Shown piece by piece: positions 1 through 13,429 of a stretch of DNA of 64,000 nt (position 1 is the stretch's first letter; the number at the start of each line of letters is the position of its first letter). The stretch is taken from positions 434,001 through 498,000 of the forward strand of contig NW_021835991.1 in NCBI RefSeq assembly GCF_006345805.1, read 5' to 3'. The notes beneath the pieces were generated by a model. It was not told the origin of the DNA. It did not search any database and worked only from the letters and a program-made list of their open reading frames with translations. This DNA is from Octopus sinensis. Lineage: Eukaryota. A program made the position numbers and the translations under genes.

Positions 1-1079
1 TAATTTTTATTTTAAATTTATGCTTTTAGTTAGATGTTGTGTTTTTATTCGTTTTTGTCCTTTTTCAAAATCCTACAAAATTGTCCTACAAAATCGTCTG
101 TAATTATTCCTTTTTCAAAATCCTACAAAATTGTAAATTTACAAAAAAACTAGACGTGAACTAAATATCATTGTCTACGTAAGTGAGCGAATTCTCACTA
201 AGATGCCGACACTTTTGGAGTAGGTCAATGTGGCTGAAATATGGAAATAACTCTTCGATCAGAAGGTTTATTTTCATATTTACAGGATCGGATATCAAGA
301 GTATGCTTTACCAGGATTACAGATGGAGGCTTAATGGAAAGGTTCTTCCATCTTCTGTTCTAGATTAATCAATGTGTGAGAACTTGAAGACGTACATTAA
401 ATTAAATACCCCAATACGCACTCTTTGATAACTTCGAAGGCTCAGTACTTAGTCTATCAAAATAAAAGAACTATTTTAAGATAAATATTTCCGCGCAATT
501 CAATAAGTTGAAATTTGATATTTCTTGAAGTGAATTTCGACAAGTTACAGCTTTGCGTACTTAGCAATAATTGAAAAATGTGTTATTATAAAAACAACTT
601 TAAATATTTTTAGCGTATTAAAGAAAAAAAATTTATGTCTGATGAAATAGATTCACGTAAAATACGGGTTTTCTGAATTTGATTTTAATTATACAGCAAG
701 CAAGATTAGTAAAAGTAGAATATGCATCTGATAGATTCACCCAGGTTATATTTAATAATTATTTCAGATGATGGAATCTTTGGAATTTGATAAAAATGAA
801 CCGAATGAAAATGATTATAAATACCTTAATTAATTGATTCTAAGTTCATGGTATAATAAATTTCGAGTTATATTTTTTCCCAACTAATTTAATATTTTTT
901 TATTTGAGATTTATTCTTATAATATTTTTAAGCAACAAGATCATTTTCTATTGTAGAAAAACAGCATATATATTCCTAATCTTTTGTACATAATAGATTT
1001 AAAGTTTTTCTTAATATGCTAGGAATTTTATGAGAGCTAAACAAATCTTTTAAAAAACTGTCAAAAAATCGTCAAAACC

Positions 1080-1772
1080 TATTTTCATGACTGTGAGGAT
1101 TGCTGTTGGTATATATAAATTTTATCAACTTCTTCCTGAAATTATTTTATTTACCAAAAATAAAGTGAAGAATAAAATATTAAAAGACAAAGGTGGCAGA
1201 TTTAGGATTTTATGTTGATATATCTCTACATCTGTCTACCCTGAATGTTGAACTACCAGGCAAAAATAAGCTTAATTATCAAATTTGTGGATATATTGAT
1301 GAATTCGCAAAAAAATTACGTTTATAGAAAACGCAGATATTTACCAATTAAACTAGCAGAGTCTTAAAAAGGACTTAAATTCATTGAGATTATGTGCAAC
1401 TCCACCAATTATGAAAAGTGAGGAGGTTTCCAGAATTTATCAACTGGAATTAATTAATTTACAAGGTGATATTGAACTGAAAAGTGTGTTCAGCAGCACT
1501 TCAATCATTGAATTTTATTTGAGACTACCAGATTGCCGATTTCCGAATCTAATCAATAATGATAAAATCAATTAAGCAATTCTAAGATCAACATCTGTCT
1601 GCGAATCGACATTTAGTAAACTGTTCGAATTAAATGATTTTTTTGCGTACTTAAACTTGTCAAATTAAAGCTAATTTTAATTTTTAAATAATAAATAATT
1701 GTTAAAAAAATATTGGTGGCCTTTTAATTTTTTTGTTTGTGGGCCCTAATTAAAAAAGCTTGAGGATCACTG
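1080..1772 (+). mobile_element. Degenerate hAT (Charlie/Buster, GTF2IRD2-like) transposon, 3' part with right TIR
   Basis: Broken frames read ADLGFYVDISLHLSTLNVELPGKNKL and ELINLQGDIELK...FPNL...STSVCESTFS (hAT C-terminal dimerisation motifs). Ends in TTGAGGATCACTG (TIR resembling CAGTGGTTCTCAA) followed by ATTTATAC (nnnTAnnn). The last ~250 bp recur at 27664-27913. Confidence 0.65.
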
Positions 1773-2389
1773 ATTTATACAAGTAATTTTTGTCAAAATT
1801 CATTAAAAAATTTTTATTGTGCTAATATCAAATAAATTACGAACGAGAGTATTTCTGTAAAATTTCCAGCTCAGCAATTAAAACTTGATTAAAAAAAGAT
1901 CCCTACATGTTTAAATTGAAAGTAGAATTCAGCAATTCCAAAGACTGGCAGATGTTCCTGAAAAGCATTTAAATTCGTTACTACATAAGAAAGTGTGGTA
2001 GCCAACCTAACCAGTCAAAACGCCACAGGGACATTGATGTTTAGCCAAAACGATTATCGAGACAGACTAAAATTCGTACTGATTCACAAAGAAGCACTCA
2101 GACTACACTTCACTATAATTTGTAATTTGTTAAACAAATTATTTAATTGATGTTAATCCGACCGTTGTCCGCTGGAGGTTAATCTCCTCCTTTTAGAGGA
2201 AAAAGTAACCAACACCACTCCTTGATCCTCTATCTCCAAGTTAGTTACGACTCTTTTCCCCTCATTCTCCATATTATCTTCGTACGAATGACTTGCTTCA
2301 ATTAAGAGGCTAATAATTTGTAATACTAATATTAAATATCATTTAATTCGTCTGGAAAGAAATAAATTAAAAATAGAAAACATGACAAG

Positions 2390-2904
2390 TTACAACAAAC
2401 CAGCTCTGCAATACGGACAGGTCCATTTTATCTATATAATATAAAATAATCAAACTAAAATCCATTTCCTAGCACAAGATCGATGAAAAAAATGAGAACA
2501 AGGGAATTGAGCAATTTTTGAATTTAGTTTGTACATTTCGAGGCAAATTGAACAAACATCGTAATCATTTTCACTCTTCAAAGTCCTGCGAGATTTAAGA
2601 ATTGATTTGTATTTTTTAGGCTTCCCAAGTAAGAAATTAATTCTTCGCTTTTTAATACTTCTACGTCTTAAGTCCTAAAATGTATAAACACAGATGCTAC
2701 ATCTTGATCGACTTCTAAACTGATAAAGTCAGAAAAATCTGGATATCGAGAAGATTGTTCTTCTTGAGTATCAAATTGGTACGATGGAGAATAATCTGAA
2801 TCGATTTCATAATAAATTTGAGTAATTAAAGGATGATCGTCTCGTGCTATTATGCGATACCCTAAAAGTTCGTCGTCAATTTCATTTTCTCCATTTCGCG
2901 ACAT
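2390..2904 (-). CDS. RING-H2 zinc-finger protein (putative E3 ligase), 2 introns of 26 and 24 nt
   Basis: Spliced product MSRNGENE...DQD|DLRRRSIKK...CSICLEMYKLNSKIAQFPCSHFFHRSCARKWIL|IKWTCPYCRAGLL*; C3H2C3 pattern restored across the GT-AG introns. Confidence 0.85.
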
Positions 2905-4129
2905 TTTTACGTTTGATATGATTAAACAATATTGTCGCAATAGGAATAGGAAATTAAGCCAATAAGAGCAAGAAACTAATGATTTTATAGAAAAACGTAT
3001 TTTATAATTAAATAAAATAAAAAATAATAATTATCTATAGAATATAAATAAAATACATAAAAATATTAATAAATTGATTTTATAGAAATTATTATTCAAA
3101 ATCAAGACATAGTTTTTCCAGGAGAATTTTAAATATTTAGATTTAGCAAAACTAGCTTTTGAATATTAAATCTCTAACGTATTTTTAAAATGATTATTCG
3201 ATAATCGGATGGTACTAGTTTTTGGTTATTTTTCAAATATCTAAAAACTATATTCTACAGTTGGAATTTTTCCATGTGATGCTAAAAATAGAAATATATT
3301 GGAAATTAATGCAATTTTAAATAGGAATTATTAAATTCCAATTTAGGATTCAAAATTTAATATAAAAGAAGAATTTCCGTTATTTTCCAAATGATATATA
3401 ATTTGATAAGTAAAATTGATTATTCCGACATTTTTTTATTTAATTTCGACATGATTAGTTTTTATTGTATCTTTTTGTTATTTATAAAATTTTCCAAGTT
3501 TATTTTAAATTTCAAGACTTAATCTAAGAATATTTTTCGCAATTCTTATTTAAATTAATTTAAATGCAAATTAAATGTTTAATTAGCATTTATATCAAGA
3601 AATTTACTCCCGATAGTTGTCTACTGAATTTTTATTATGAACTTATTTATTTATAAAACAGAATTTGAAATATATTTAAAATAATTAATTTTTAATTTTC
3701 AAATTTAAAGTATTTTCACAATTAGCTTTAAATTAAACTTGAGTTCGTAGAAAATCATTTCTTTGATATTTTTGGAAGGTTTGGAATGGATTTTCAATAA
3801 AAAACGCAATTTGATATGAAACATTTAAAGCAATTTAATTTTTTGTTATTTTAGGAATAATTTGGAAATTTTTTTTCAAAAATGTATATTTAATCTGTAT
3901 AATTATTTAGGATTTAATTAGCAGCAGAGGATAAGATGGAATGACAATTCCCACGCAAGATGGCTATTGGTATGCTTCGGAAAAGCCATGTCAAGTTCCC
4001 CACAAAGAGCTATTTTTTGAAAATTGACTGAAGCTCTTAGTGGGGAACTTGATTTTTTAAATTTATATAAAAAATTAATAAAGTTCTTACAATCAAATTG
4101 TTTTAATAAACTTTGATAAAATTGGTTAT

Positions 4130-4270
4130 GAATGCTTTTTAAAGCAAGGCAGTATGTTATTTCCGGTTCAGGAATTATTCCCAAAAACATTTCTGTAAAA
4201 GTAGCTAACTATGTTAATAACTATAACATTAAAAATATTTTTAATTGCGATGAAACGGGATTAGGAATTA
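4130..4270 (+). pseudogene. pogo/Tigger-type DDE transposase remnant
   Basis: NYNIKNIFNCDETGL matches the start of the pogo/Tigger DDE_1 domain; flanks are degenerate. Confidence 0.55.
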
Positions 4271-4869
4271 GAACAAAAAAACGAGATTGTATATGTCTAA
4301 CTTGGTTGAACATTGTCGAAGAAGAAATGAATCAACAAAACCGAAAAAGTCAACAAAACTGAAGTAAAATCATATACAAGCGTAAGATTTAATTTTTTAT
4401 TAATTTGTCAATAAAAGCATGAAAAAATGGCTGAGCAATTTTTTTGACGAGCACTGTATTCTCACTTGTAAACAATAACAGGAATAAATACATATGTAGA
4501 TAACATTTTTAAATTGTTTCCGATTATTATAATTTTAGAAAAATATTAGGAATGAATTGTAAGAATCCGCAACAGAAGGGAAATTCACTGACTATTTAGA
4601 TTCTTTTGAGTTTTGCGATTATATTTTTTGTGCCTGTTCAAATGGATACTTGTTCTTAACTGTGAAGGTTATTTTAAAATTAATGATAATTAATTTTTTT
4701 GTGTTTTCTTTTTTTCTTTAAATTAAAAGTATGACTTAAAAAACTGTTAAATTTGAATAAAAATTATTTTTCAGTAAAGAAACCCAGAAGGAATGCATAA
4801 ATTTCGACAGAAAGAAATGATTGCTTAATTAAATTATAATTTTTTTTCATAACCCCCAAGTTGCACATT

Positions 4870-5255
4870 AAAGTTGGCAATTCAAGCAAAAATAGCACTC
4901 ACAACTAGCCAATCCAAAGCAGAGACAGAGGAAAGGAGTCGTTTGTCCAAAATCTTCATTACAGTTTCGATGCCGAGTTCCCATTTTTGGCAGTTCCCTA
5001 CCATCGCTGATCGAACTTTATTTGTTTTTCGGGAATGTTTTCCATAGTAAAAAATTGTCATTGATAATGTAAATAAAGGAAGGTGGAAATCACCTTTAAA
5101 CAACTGTGCCGTGCTAGAAGGACTTGCCGTCTCACGGGTGGGGAACGTTGACAAGATTAACCTTAGCTCGAAAGTACCCTCATTTGGAATCGAACACACG
5201 ACGGCTGCATTCTAGCATCAAAAAGCATACTTTTAGCCAACGGGTCATTTATAGT
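4870..5255 (+). mobile_element. Possible CR1/L2-like LINE 3' remnant
   Basis: One plus frame ends RRLHSSIKKHTFSQRV, resembling the CR1-type C-terminal RKHFFSQRV motif. GC-richer than flanks; copy at ~30850-31230. Confidence 0.3.
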
Positions 5256-5748
5256 CATTTTATTGATTAGAACGCAATAGTTAATTAACTCCCAATAAAT
5301 AGAGCATTATTTGTGACTTAGTCAAAGAGAACCTTATATGGTGGTGTTTCGAAGTGGATCCAGTAACCATCAGACCGAAGTATATACAAATTAAACATCA
5401 AAAGTTAGTGATAAAAGATTCTGTTCATTTTTCAGAATATTAAGAGATATTCGATATATTTTGTCTCCGATTATAAAATGAGTCATGACAGTTCAAATTA
5501 ACTTATAATAAATCACTTTAATTAAAATATGGAAAATGAAAAAACTCAAAAAAATTTTTTAAATGTCCTTATTTGTTTAAAAATCTATAACCATCTCCTT
5601 TGTTCAATCATACTAATGTTTTCAAATTTTCAATACTTTTTTTTAAAAAGATATTTCAAATTAATTAGCTGCTATAGTTAACAAAATTATATTAAATATT
5701 TTTTAATTCAACAACAAACTCAAATAACAAATAAAGAAAACAAAACTA

Positions 5749-6222
5749 TCAAACTTTTGCCCGGCAATATGGGCAGGTTAATTTGCGAGATTCTATTTCT
5801 TTCAGCCACTTTTTAACACACGAGAAATGAAAAAAATGACCGCATTTGAGTTTAGCTACGTTTGTCTTTGGTTTGTACGTGTCAAGACATATAGAGCAGG
5901 TATCGTCAATTTGTACTTCCAGTTTATCATAAACACATTTTTTAATTCTTTTAAGTGCTGATTTTACTGACTTTGGTCTTATTTTCATTAAATACTTTAA
6001 AGAAATTAAACAAAATTAATTACTGGTTCAAAAAAATATATATCCCCAGCTTCCACCAGCCTCATAAATCGATCTATAAATAGCCTGTTCTTCATTCAAA
6101 TACCGTGGAAAAATGTGGGGACATATTGTGATTCTCTATGAGTTACAAATTGATTTATACAGCTGGAGCAAGAATTGAATATCTCGATTCATTAAAGAAT
6201 GCGGAGTGAAAAAATATGGCAT
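5749..6222 (-). CDS. RING-H2 zinc-finger protein, 3 short introns
   Basis: MPYFFTPH...QL|ESQYVPTFFH|DRFMRLVEAGDIYFFEP|YLMKIRPK...CSICLDTYKPKTNVAKLKCGHFFHFSCVKKWLKEIESRKLTCPYCRAKV*; introns 25, 30 and 29 nt, GT-AG. Confidence 0.85.
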
Positions 6223-6768
6223 TATATGACTAAAAATAAATAAAATATAAATAGTACAAATAGAAACACCACAAACGGAATAAACAATTTCAAAATATTT
6301 ATTGCATTTAAAATACTTTTTAAATAATTTTAATGTTTACATTCATTTTGTGTTTATAAAATCGTATCTATTTTATGAACAGAGTTAGAACTAAAATAAA
6401 GGCTTATTAATTGGGTTCTGGTGTTGTGTATGGAATATCAAGAGAACTATGATATCGGTGATATGAAAGTAAATATATTAAAGTAAAAATAATTTTCATC
6501 ATAATGTGGAACTACTGTTCAATAGCATAGGGAATATTCCCAGGAATTGTAGAGAATTAAATACACAAAATAAAATATCATTAGATTACAGAAGAGTCAA
6601 AGCAGTCAAAAAGATACGAGAAGCTTAAAAAAGGTTTTTGCAGATTTTATGAAAAAGAGTTAATGTGAGAATTTTTAATACGTTTAGACAAGTTTTGTGA
6701 TGATTTTATAAGTTTTATTCAAATTTTAAATTGAATAAATATTGCTTAGCAACGTTTGTTATTACAAA

Positions 6769-9700
6769 ATGACGGAAAGTACAAATGAGAGTTTACTGAG
6801 ACTTATTCAAGATCATCAGTTAGTTTATGAAAAAGAAATAAACAACTTAAAATACGATGAAAACAACTCAGAGGTTAATTTTCAATCATTTATTTCAAAT
6901 AGAAAAAACTACAAATATATCAAGAATATAACAGAGATTTAACTGATCAGAACAAATTACTCATTTCTTTATTATTTGAAAAAAATGAAAATTCTGACAT
7001 TGCAGTTCTATTTGAGCAAAATAAATCAAATGAACACAAAATTTTGTTTTTAGAAAAAGAGTATTCAGCACTTAAAGATATGTATGAACAAAAAATTGAC
7101 CAAGTATTCATTTTATTTATTTCAAATAAATATATAGCTATAATTATTTGGTGGGATTAGATCGATACTAATTAATATATGTACAATTACTAAAGTATAA
7201 ACTAATATAAATAAGTTATTTAAAGTTAAATGTTTATTAATGAATAGATAGTATCATTAAAAGAATATATCCGCCAAAAAGAAGAAGATTCAGACCTGGA
7301 AAACCATCAAAACAAACAATTTTCCCAACAAGACAACAATCAAATGACAATGAAACGGAAAACAAGAACCATACTATCCAACGTTGGCTTGAAGCTGCTA
7401 TTTTTGCACAAAATGACCAACAGTCTTTGGAACAAATCCAACCAGACCAAACTGATGAACTACGAGCTCAGCTTTCTAAACAAATTGATGAGACAGCCTT
7501 CGTGCAATCGGCATTGGAGAGCAAAGAAAGTCTCATTCAAAGCTTGGAAGAAGATTTTTTTGGACTTAAAAAACACTGCGAGTTCCTTAAAGACCAAATT
7601 CGGTGTTTGCAGATTTCTGAGGAAAAATTGTGCAGAGAAAATGCCTCATTAAGAGACCGACTGAGTTCGGAGCAGTTAAAAGTATTTTTACTAAAAAAAT
7701 ATTTAGGATGAATTTGAAAACTCTAAAGAGGTTTTTTAGTTAATTAATAATTATTTTAAATTAATTATTAAATAAAATATTAGATTGCAGAAAGAGACGA
7801 TGTGATACACAGATTATCCAATGAGTTGAACAGGACTCGACAGGGAATCAAGCAAATGAAAGGCAATATTGAACAAAGGGAAAAACAACTAAGAGAAATG
7901 AGAATTTCGCACGATAAATTACAAGAAGAGAACTTAAAATTAGTTCAAGTTAAGTGTAATATCTATGATTTAGATCGATATGAACAATCAGGCTAAAATG
8001 GTAAAACAGGACGAATTCAGGTCACTACAAACAGATAATACTGTATTGAGGCAGACTATAAGCAAACTTGTGGCTGATAACAGTAAATCGAGTTATCAGA
8101 CACAAAAAGCCACTGAAGAATGTGAGTCATTGAATAATCGATGCTTATCACAAAAAGACCAAGTAAATAATTGTGTTTAAACTATTTTATTAAAATTATA
8201 TTTTTGTAAAATTAAATATAAAATTAAAAAATATTATAATTAAAATTGTTTAGATAAATGAAATGATTGAACAAATTTCTAAAAGAGATTTAGAACTAAA
8301 GATACTAAAGGAAAAGCTCTCCAACATCAAACTGGAAGTAAAATTCAAAATATTCTAAATTTTCCAGTTAAAATTCCAAATTGACCAGAAAGACTCCATT
8401 GCTGTTGATTTGAAAACTTTCAAGTTACAAACGAACGAAATTAATCTTGAAAACGAACGGAAAACTCACAGAGTGATTTCCCGAATCCCTCATTTTAGAT
8501 TGATCAATTAGAACAAGAATTGGACCACTATTCCAAAGAGAACGAAGTCAGTACTGAGCAGGTTACTGTTAGATATAGATTGGCAGATTTCATTATTGAA
8601 TTCTCAATTAGAGGATTTTAGACGTAATGTAGAGCAGAATAAAGCTCAGGAAGTATCGGAAAGAAAAAAGCAGTCGGAATTCATATCAAGGCTGGAATCT
8701 GCTTTAGACGGTGCTCACTCCTCATTAAGAAATGAACGACAAAATAACGAAAAAAACAAGATTCTTATTAGTGATTTACAATCAGTTTTATTTGAAGAGA
8801 AAACAGAATCGGAAAGAAGATTTGAAGCAGTAATATTAAATTAATTATTTTAGTTGACATATGCGAATGACAAGTTGAGAGATTATGAACTAAAGTTGTC
8901 TGAGAGCAAATCAAAGGAGGAATCAAGTTCTTCCAAGATTGAGGAGATGAATGATGAGATGGAACATATAAGGCAGGACAGGAATAATTTACTTGAGAAT
9001 TTTAACCAACAAATGGATAAAGTCATTTCTTTAGAGGAAATTGTGGCTTGTCAGAGCAGTGAGATCCAAAAAATCCAAACTGAAGTAACCAATTTGTATA
9101 TTTTTAGAAATTTCGGATTTTAGTTGATTTAAGAGAAACTGAGGATATTAATGAAGATCTTAAATTAGAAATTAATGAGATTGAAAAGAATTTTGAGGCA
9201 TCACAACAAAGAATCGTATTATTAAGCCAACGTGAGAAGGAAATGGTTGAAAACTACGAAGAAATGGCCGACAAGATGGCACAAGCTCAGAAAGATTTGG
9301 AAAATGTTTATACACAAGTAATAAAATAAAATCAGGACATTGTAGCTCAAAGAAAGCGATTCGGAACTTGTTTGCGTAAAAACTGCTTTAAAAGACTACA
9401 AGGCGACCCATAATTCTCAAATGAAGAACATGAACAACTCGTAGAAGACCTGAATGTCCAGAAACGAGAAATTCTGTTAGCTAAAAATAGTTTGGAGGTG
9501 GCGGGAATTCAAAAAATACAACTTGAGGACCAATGTGCTTTATTAAAAGCAAAAGTTATATTTTAAAGTAGTAAAACCAGGGGGAAGAATCTGGAAGAAA
9601 GCTGGAACAACTCAAGTTAAAAGTTGATAAAATCGTCATTAAAAACGCAAAAAAAGCTGAAAAGGGTGAAAATTTAATTAAAAAATTGAAACTTGAAACA

Positions 9701-10616
9701 TGTGAAAAAGCACAAAAAATACGAGAATTGGAGGATGTGTTCGAATCAAAAAGAACACTTATCGCTGAACTAGAACAGGCTTCCAAAACTGTCTCCGAAC
9801 AAAAGTCACAATTGGAATCTTTAGAGAATGAATTGGAGACATTGCGTCAAACCAAGGAGTTTCTAGGAGGAGACATTGAGATTAAGAATGCTGAAGTATT
9901 TCCCGAAATTCGATAATTTTAGATTCAAAATCTTAGAGACGGGCTGTCAATTACAAGGACGGATTTTGAAAATTTAAAAATTTGTAACAAAAATCTGAAA
10001 GAACAAGTATTTTGTAAAAATTAAAAAAAGTGCGAACGGTCAAAAGATCAAGTTGAATTACTTTCCCGGCAAAATCGGTCCACTGCTGATCAACTCGAGT
10101 CGAGTGTAGCTGATTATGTTAAAGCTCAACACATAATTTCCCGCCATTTGAATGAATTATACACGTGTCGGTAATGAATTGAATAGTCTAATTAATGGCA
10201 GTGAAGAAGTCGAACTTGCAAGGGACGAGTCACGTGGATTACGTGTTCTTAATGAAGAATTGAGGTCGTCTGAGTTGAAAATTAAGCAAAAAAATTATAA
10301 ACTTGAAAAGGAGCTTAAAATATTGAAAAAATTATTTACTTCAACAGAACAAGATAGAACTGTGATTGAGAACCCTCAAAACTCAAGAAAAAATAGGGCA
10401 AAAATGTTAAATCCTGAATTGAATAAAACCACGTGTTTGGATCAGATTAGAGTGATGCGAAATAATGATGGCGAGGAATTGAAGACCATCGTTGATATTC
10501 CGTTACAAAATGAAGAAGAATCTTTGGTATTTATTTGTTTTTAATTATTGATTTAGATTCAATATTGGAAGGATAGGTCAGTAGATTTGAATAAAAAGCT
10601 ATCAAAATTGGAGTGA
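6769..10616 (+). CDS. Long coiled-coil protein (~1,000 aa), many short introns, family unassigned
   Basis: E/K/Q/L-rich heptad-like exons join in frame over GT-AG introns, mostly 22-30 nt. Two 1-nt homopolymer shortfalls (7324-7326, 9412-9413) are intact in copy B. The 3' end may extend toward ~11000. Confidence 0.75.
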
Positions 10617-11197
10617 TTCTTTATAATTTATTTTAAATAAATGATTTTTTATTGGAATTATATTGAGATAGATCAGGGATCGGAAATCTATGGGGCTTCA
10701 GTTTCCATATTTTGTCTCTCAGTTGTCATGATGAAAAATATGGAAGATTTCTTTCTTTTTCTTTAATGAATTCACTTGGTTGTACAATTTTCAGGTGTGT
10801 TTGTTGATCCGATTAAAATAATTTTGTAATTAACTTCTTTAAATAGACACCACATCACAAATGATCACGACGCTTAAAATTGCGTCTCCAATAGAACAAA
10901 CAGAATTTGTTGATTATAGTATCGTTGAGATGGATGAGGACCTATCTATGAAGAAAAAACTCTGGATGATTATTTTTATTAATTTTTTTAATAATTCTAG
11001 AATTTCTTAACTCTTTTATAATTTTAAAACTTTAAATAAATTTCAATTAATGGTAAACAATTAGAGGTTCAAACTTCTATTGCTCGCAAAATTCTGCATC
11101 TCGCCAGATTTCATTAAAAAAGTGCACATTTCCTCAAAACTAAGTCGTATGATAAAATCGATTATATTACATCATAAAACAGTTGAATTACAAAAAA

Positions 11198-11582
11198 TCA
11201 TTTAAATTTTAGATTATTTTGATAGAATTCAATAACAAGCTGTGGATTCGAAATCTTGAATTCAGATGCAGGGACCAGTGTGCGCTGATCTGATCCTTTC
11301 CTGGGAAACATTATCTTTAATTGCACAACCATGCAACAAGGAACAACAATTCTCCTGTAAACATCGTGGCACCAATAATTTTTTTAGGTTTATTTTTTAG
11401 TTGAATGTTATTTTGATCACTTAAATTAATTTTCTTTGAGCTAGAAAGTTCATTTGAGTTTCTAGAAATTATGTAAATTGTAAATTACATTATTTTTTTA
11501 GTCAAGGATTTTTTCTTATTTTGGCCATTTTTGATTTTAATTGAATTTTCTATAAAATTTTTCAAATAATAAAACAACCCAT
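11198..11582 (-). CDS. HP1-family protein with chromo shadow domain only (~99 aa), 3 introns
   Basis: Introns of 29, 27 and 29 nt give MENSIKIKNGQNKKKSLTKKIINSNELSSSKKINLSDQNNIQLKNKPKKIIGATMFTGELLFLVAWKGSDQRTLVPASEFKISNPQLVIEFYQNNLKFK*. The C-terminal half matches the HP1 CSD consensus PEKIIGATD..GEL.FL.KWK.....LVPA......P..VI.FYE. Confidence 0.85.
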
Positions 11583-11698
11583 TACAACGAAAATGTGAGT
11601 TCGTCTTTTTATTACTTAATTTTTTATGGGTAAAAATAAAATCGTAATTACTTTAATAATAAACTAAATTTATTAATATACAATTAAAATGATTTTAT

Positions 11699-13164
11699 AG
11701 GAAACCCGCCTGACATCGACACGTTCTACCCCTCGATTCAGGGGATTTTCAACCGTTCGTATGGACCGCCCTAATGGGCTGAATGGAGGAGGTCTTATCA
11801 CCCTCATCCGTAACAACATTCCCTTCACTAACACTACCAATTCTATACGTTCCACATTTTCCCGACGCCCACTTGGAGTTCGTCACAGTACTAATAACAA
11901 TCAATTTCTTATTCTTAAAAAATATGAAAATCCAGACAATCCAATAGACAATCCCATTAAAATCAAACTAAATTAATAAATAATGAAAAAATAATTAAAA
12001 TCTATTGTTTATACGTCGAGATTTATACTTTGACTAAAATTGTAGATTACCCAATAATGTTGCCTACACAATCGTCAACCTGTACATTCCTCCTCCTACA
12101 AATTGTTCGAAGGGCTACATTCCAGACCTCTCCTGGATCTTGCCATTGAAGAACACAATTGTGTGCAATTGCCTCTCGGACATTCCTGATCGGTTCCTTA
12201 CGACCCTCCTTCTGACCACAACCCTGTACTTTTGGAGATCAAAAAATACTTCCAAAGTCCTATTACCAAAAGGACATTTATCAACTACAAACGCGGAGTG
12301 GAGTCGAAATTCCAACAAGAAACTGATCAGTATCTCTCAAACTTCTCAGTCCTAAATTTTAAATAAAACATTTCAACAATTGTATAATCTCTGCAGACCG
12401 AAAATACATTCCCAAAGGATTCATCCGTGGGGCAAAACCATTTTTCACAAAGGAGATCATTGACCTCATAAAAGAGAGACGGGCAATAAAGAGGAATGGC
12501 CTGTGGGACTCCAACTAGGGCTCCAGATTATCAAGTATTAACGGGATAATCACTGACCACATTCTACAAAACAAAAGAGCCAGGTGGAAAGAGTTTGTAT
12601 AGACTGGATCATCGTACCAATTTAATTGAATTTTGGATTGAAATCTGTGGAAGATCACCTTCGTATGCGGAACCTGCAATTCCTCAGTACGGTTATGAAT
12701 CAGACCACCTATGTCATTTCCTCTCTCATACAAAAAACAGCCGTATGATAGTACCTACCATTGCAAATCTAACCAGTGAACTGTCTAAAATTTCTGAGCC
12801 TTCTTCCGAGAAATCGAGGACAAAGTAGATACACGACCATGTCTCCATTAAGACTATTCGAAAACTTACCTGGAATAAACTACTAGACGACTCCCCTCCT
12901 CTGGTGGACGACACGGAGTCTTAGCTGGACAGAGAAACGAGAACATCTCTGGCACAACTTCGTTCTGGACATTTCCTCCTAATTGATGAATCTGGCTATT
13001 GGTCTCCTCCTCTGAACCATCTATGCCTATTGCTTTGAAAAGCTTTCTCCGACCGGGGCCTCCGGTGGGCATTATAGACTTATGGAAGCGCCCAGCACTC
13101 GCTGCTGAGCGTCTGTGGACAGCCAGCCTTCTACAAGCTAGAGAGGTCGGGGTAACTAACTAAC
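11699..13164 (+). mobile_element. Degenerate APE-type non-LTR retrotransposon (I/Jockey group), RT region deleted
   Basis: Endonuclease motifs (GGLITLIRNNI, TIVNLYIPP), C-terminal RETRTSLAQLRSGH, (TAAC)3 tail. About 880 bp present in copy B is missing at ~12648. Confidence 0.75.
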
Positions 13165-13429
13165 TTACCTTGCAGGATTTCGACAAAAATATTTTTGTAA
13201 GCACTAGGTTTCACGAGTTTGTAAATATCAGCGAGAATCTTTGCTTATAGCGTCTATTAAGGTCACTGTTTAGCAGTGTTATTTGATTTAAATCATTTGA
13301 TTTTAATCAACAAAAAATCAATGATTTGCTGCTGATTAAACCAATTGCTGTCGTTGTAGACAAAATGCAAAATGATTTTACGAAGATTAGTCATTTTGTA
13401 GAAAACTTGAACAGACTTATATGGATTAT

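Noticed and set aside
183-600. ORF at the window start
   Set aside because: No recognisable motif in any frame; probably decayed repeat.
2160-2310. Small minus-strand gene starting MENEGKRVVTNLEIEDQG
   Set aside because: No splicing model I tried gave more than ~40 codons, and copy B has a stop in the unspliced frame.
10930-11040. C-terminal transmembrane anchor for the coiled-coil protein
   Set aside because: It needs a frameshift present in neither copy, and an earlier TGA (10614-10616) is a simpler end.
13165-13300. Displaced chromodomain exon beyond the LINE (donor CAAG|GTAAGT on the minus strand)
   Set aside because: None of the three frames shows chromodomain motifs; the donor is partly formed by the LINE tail.
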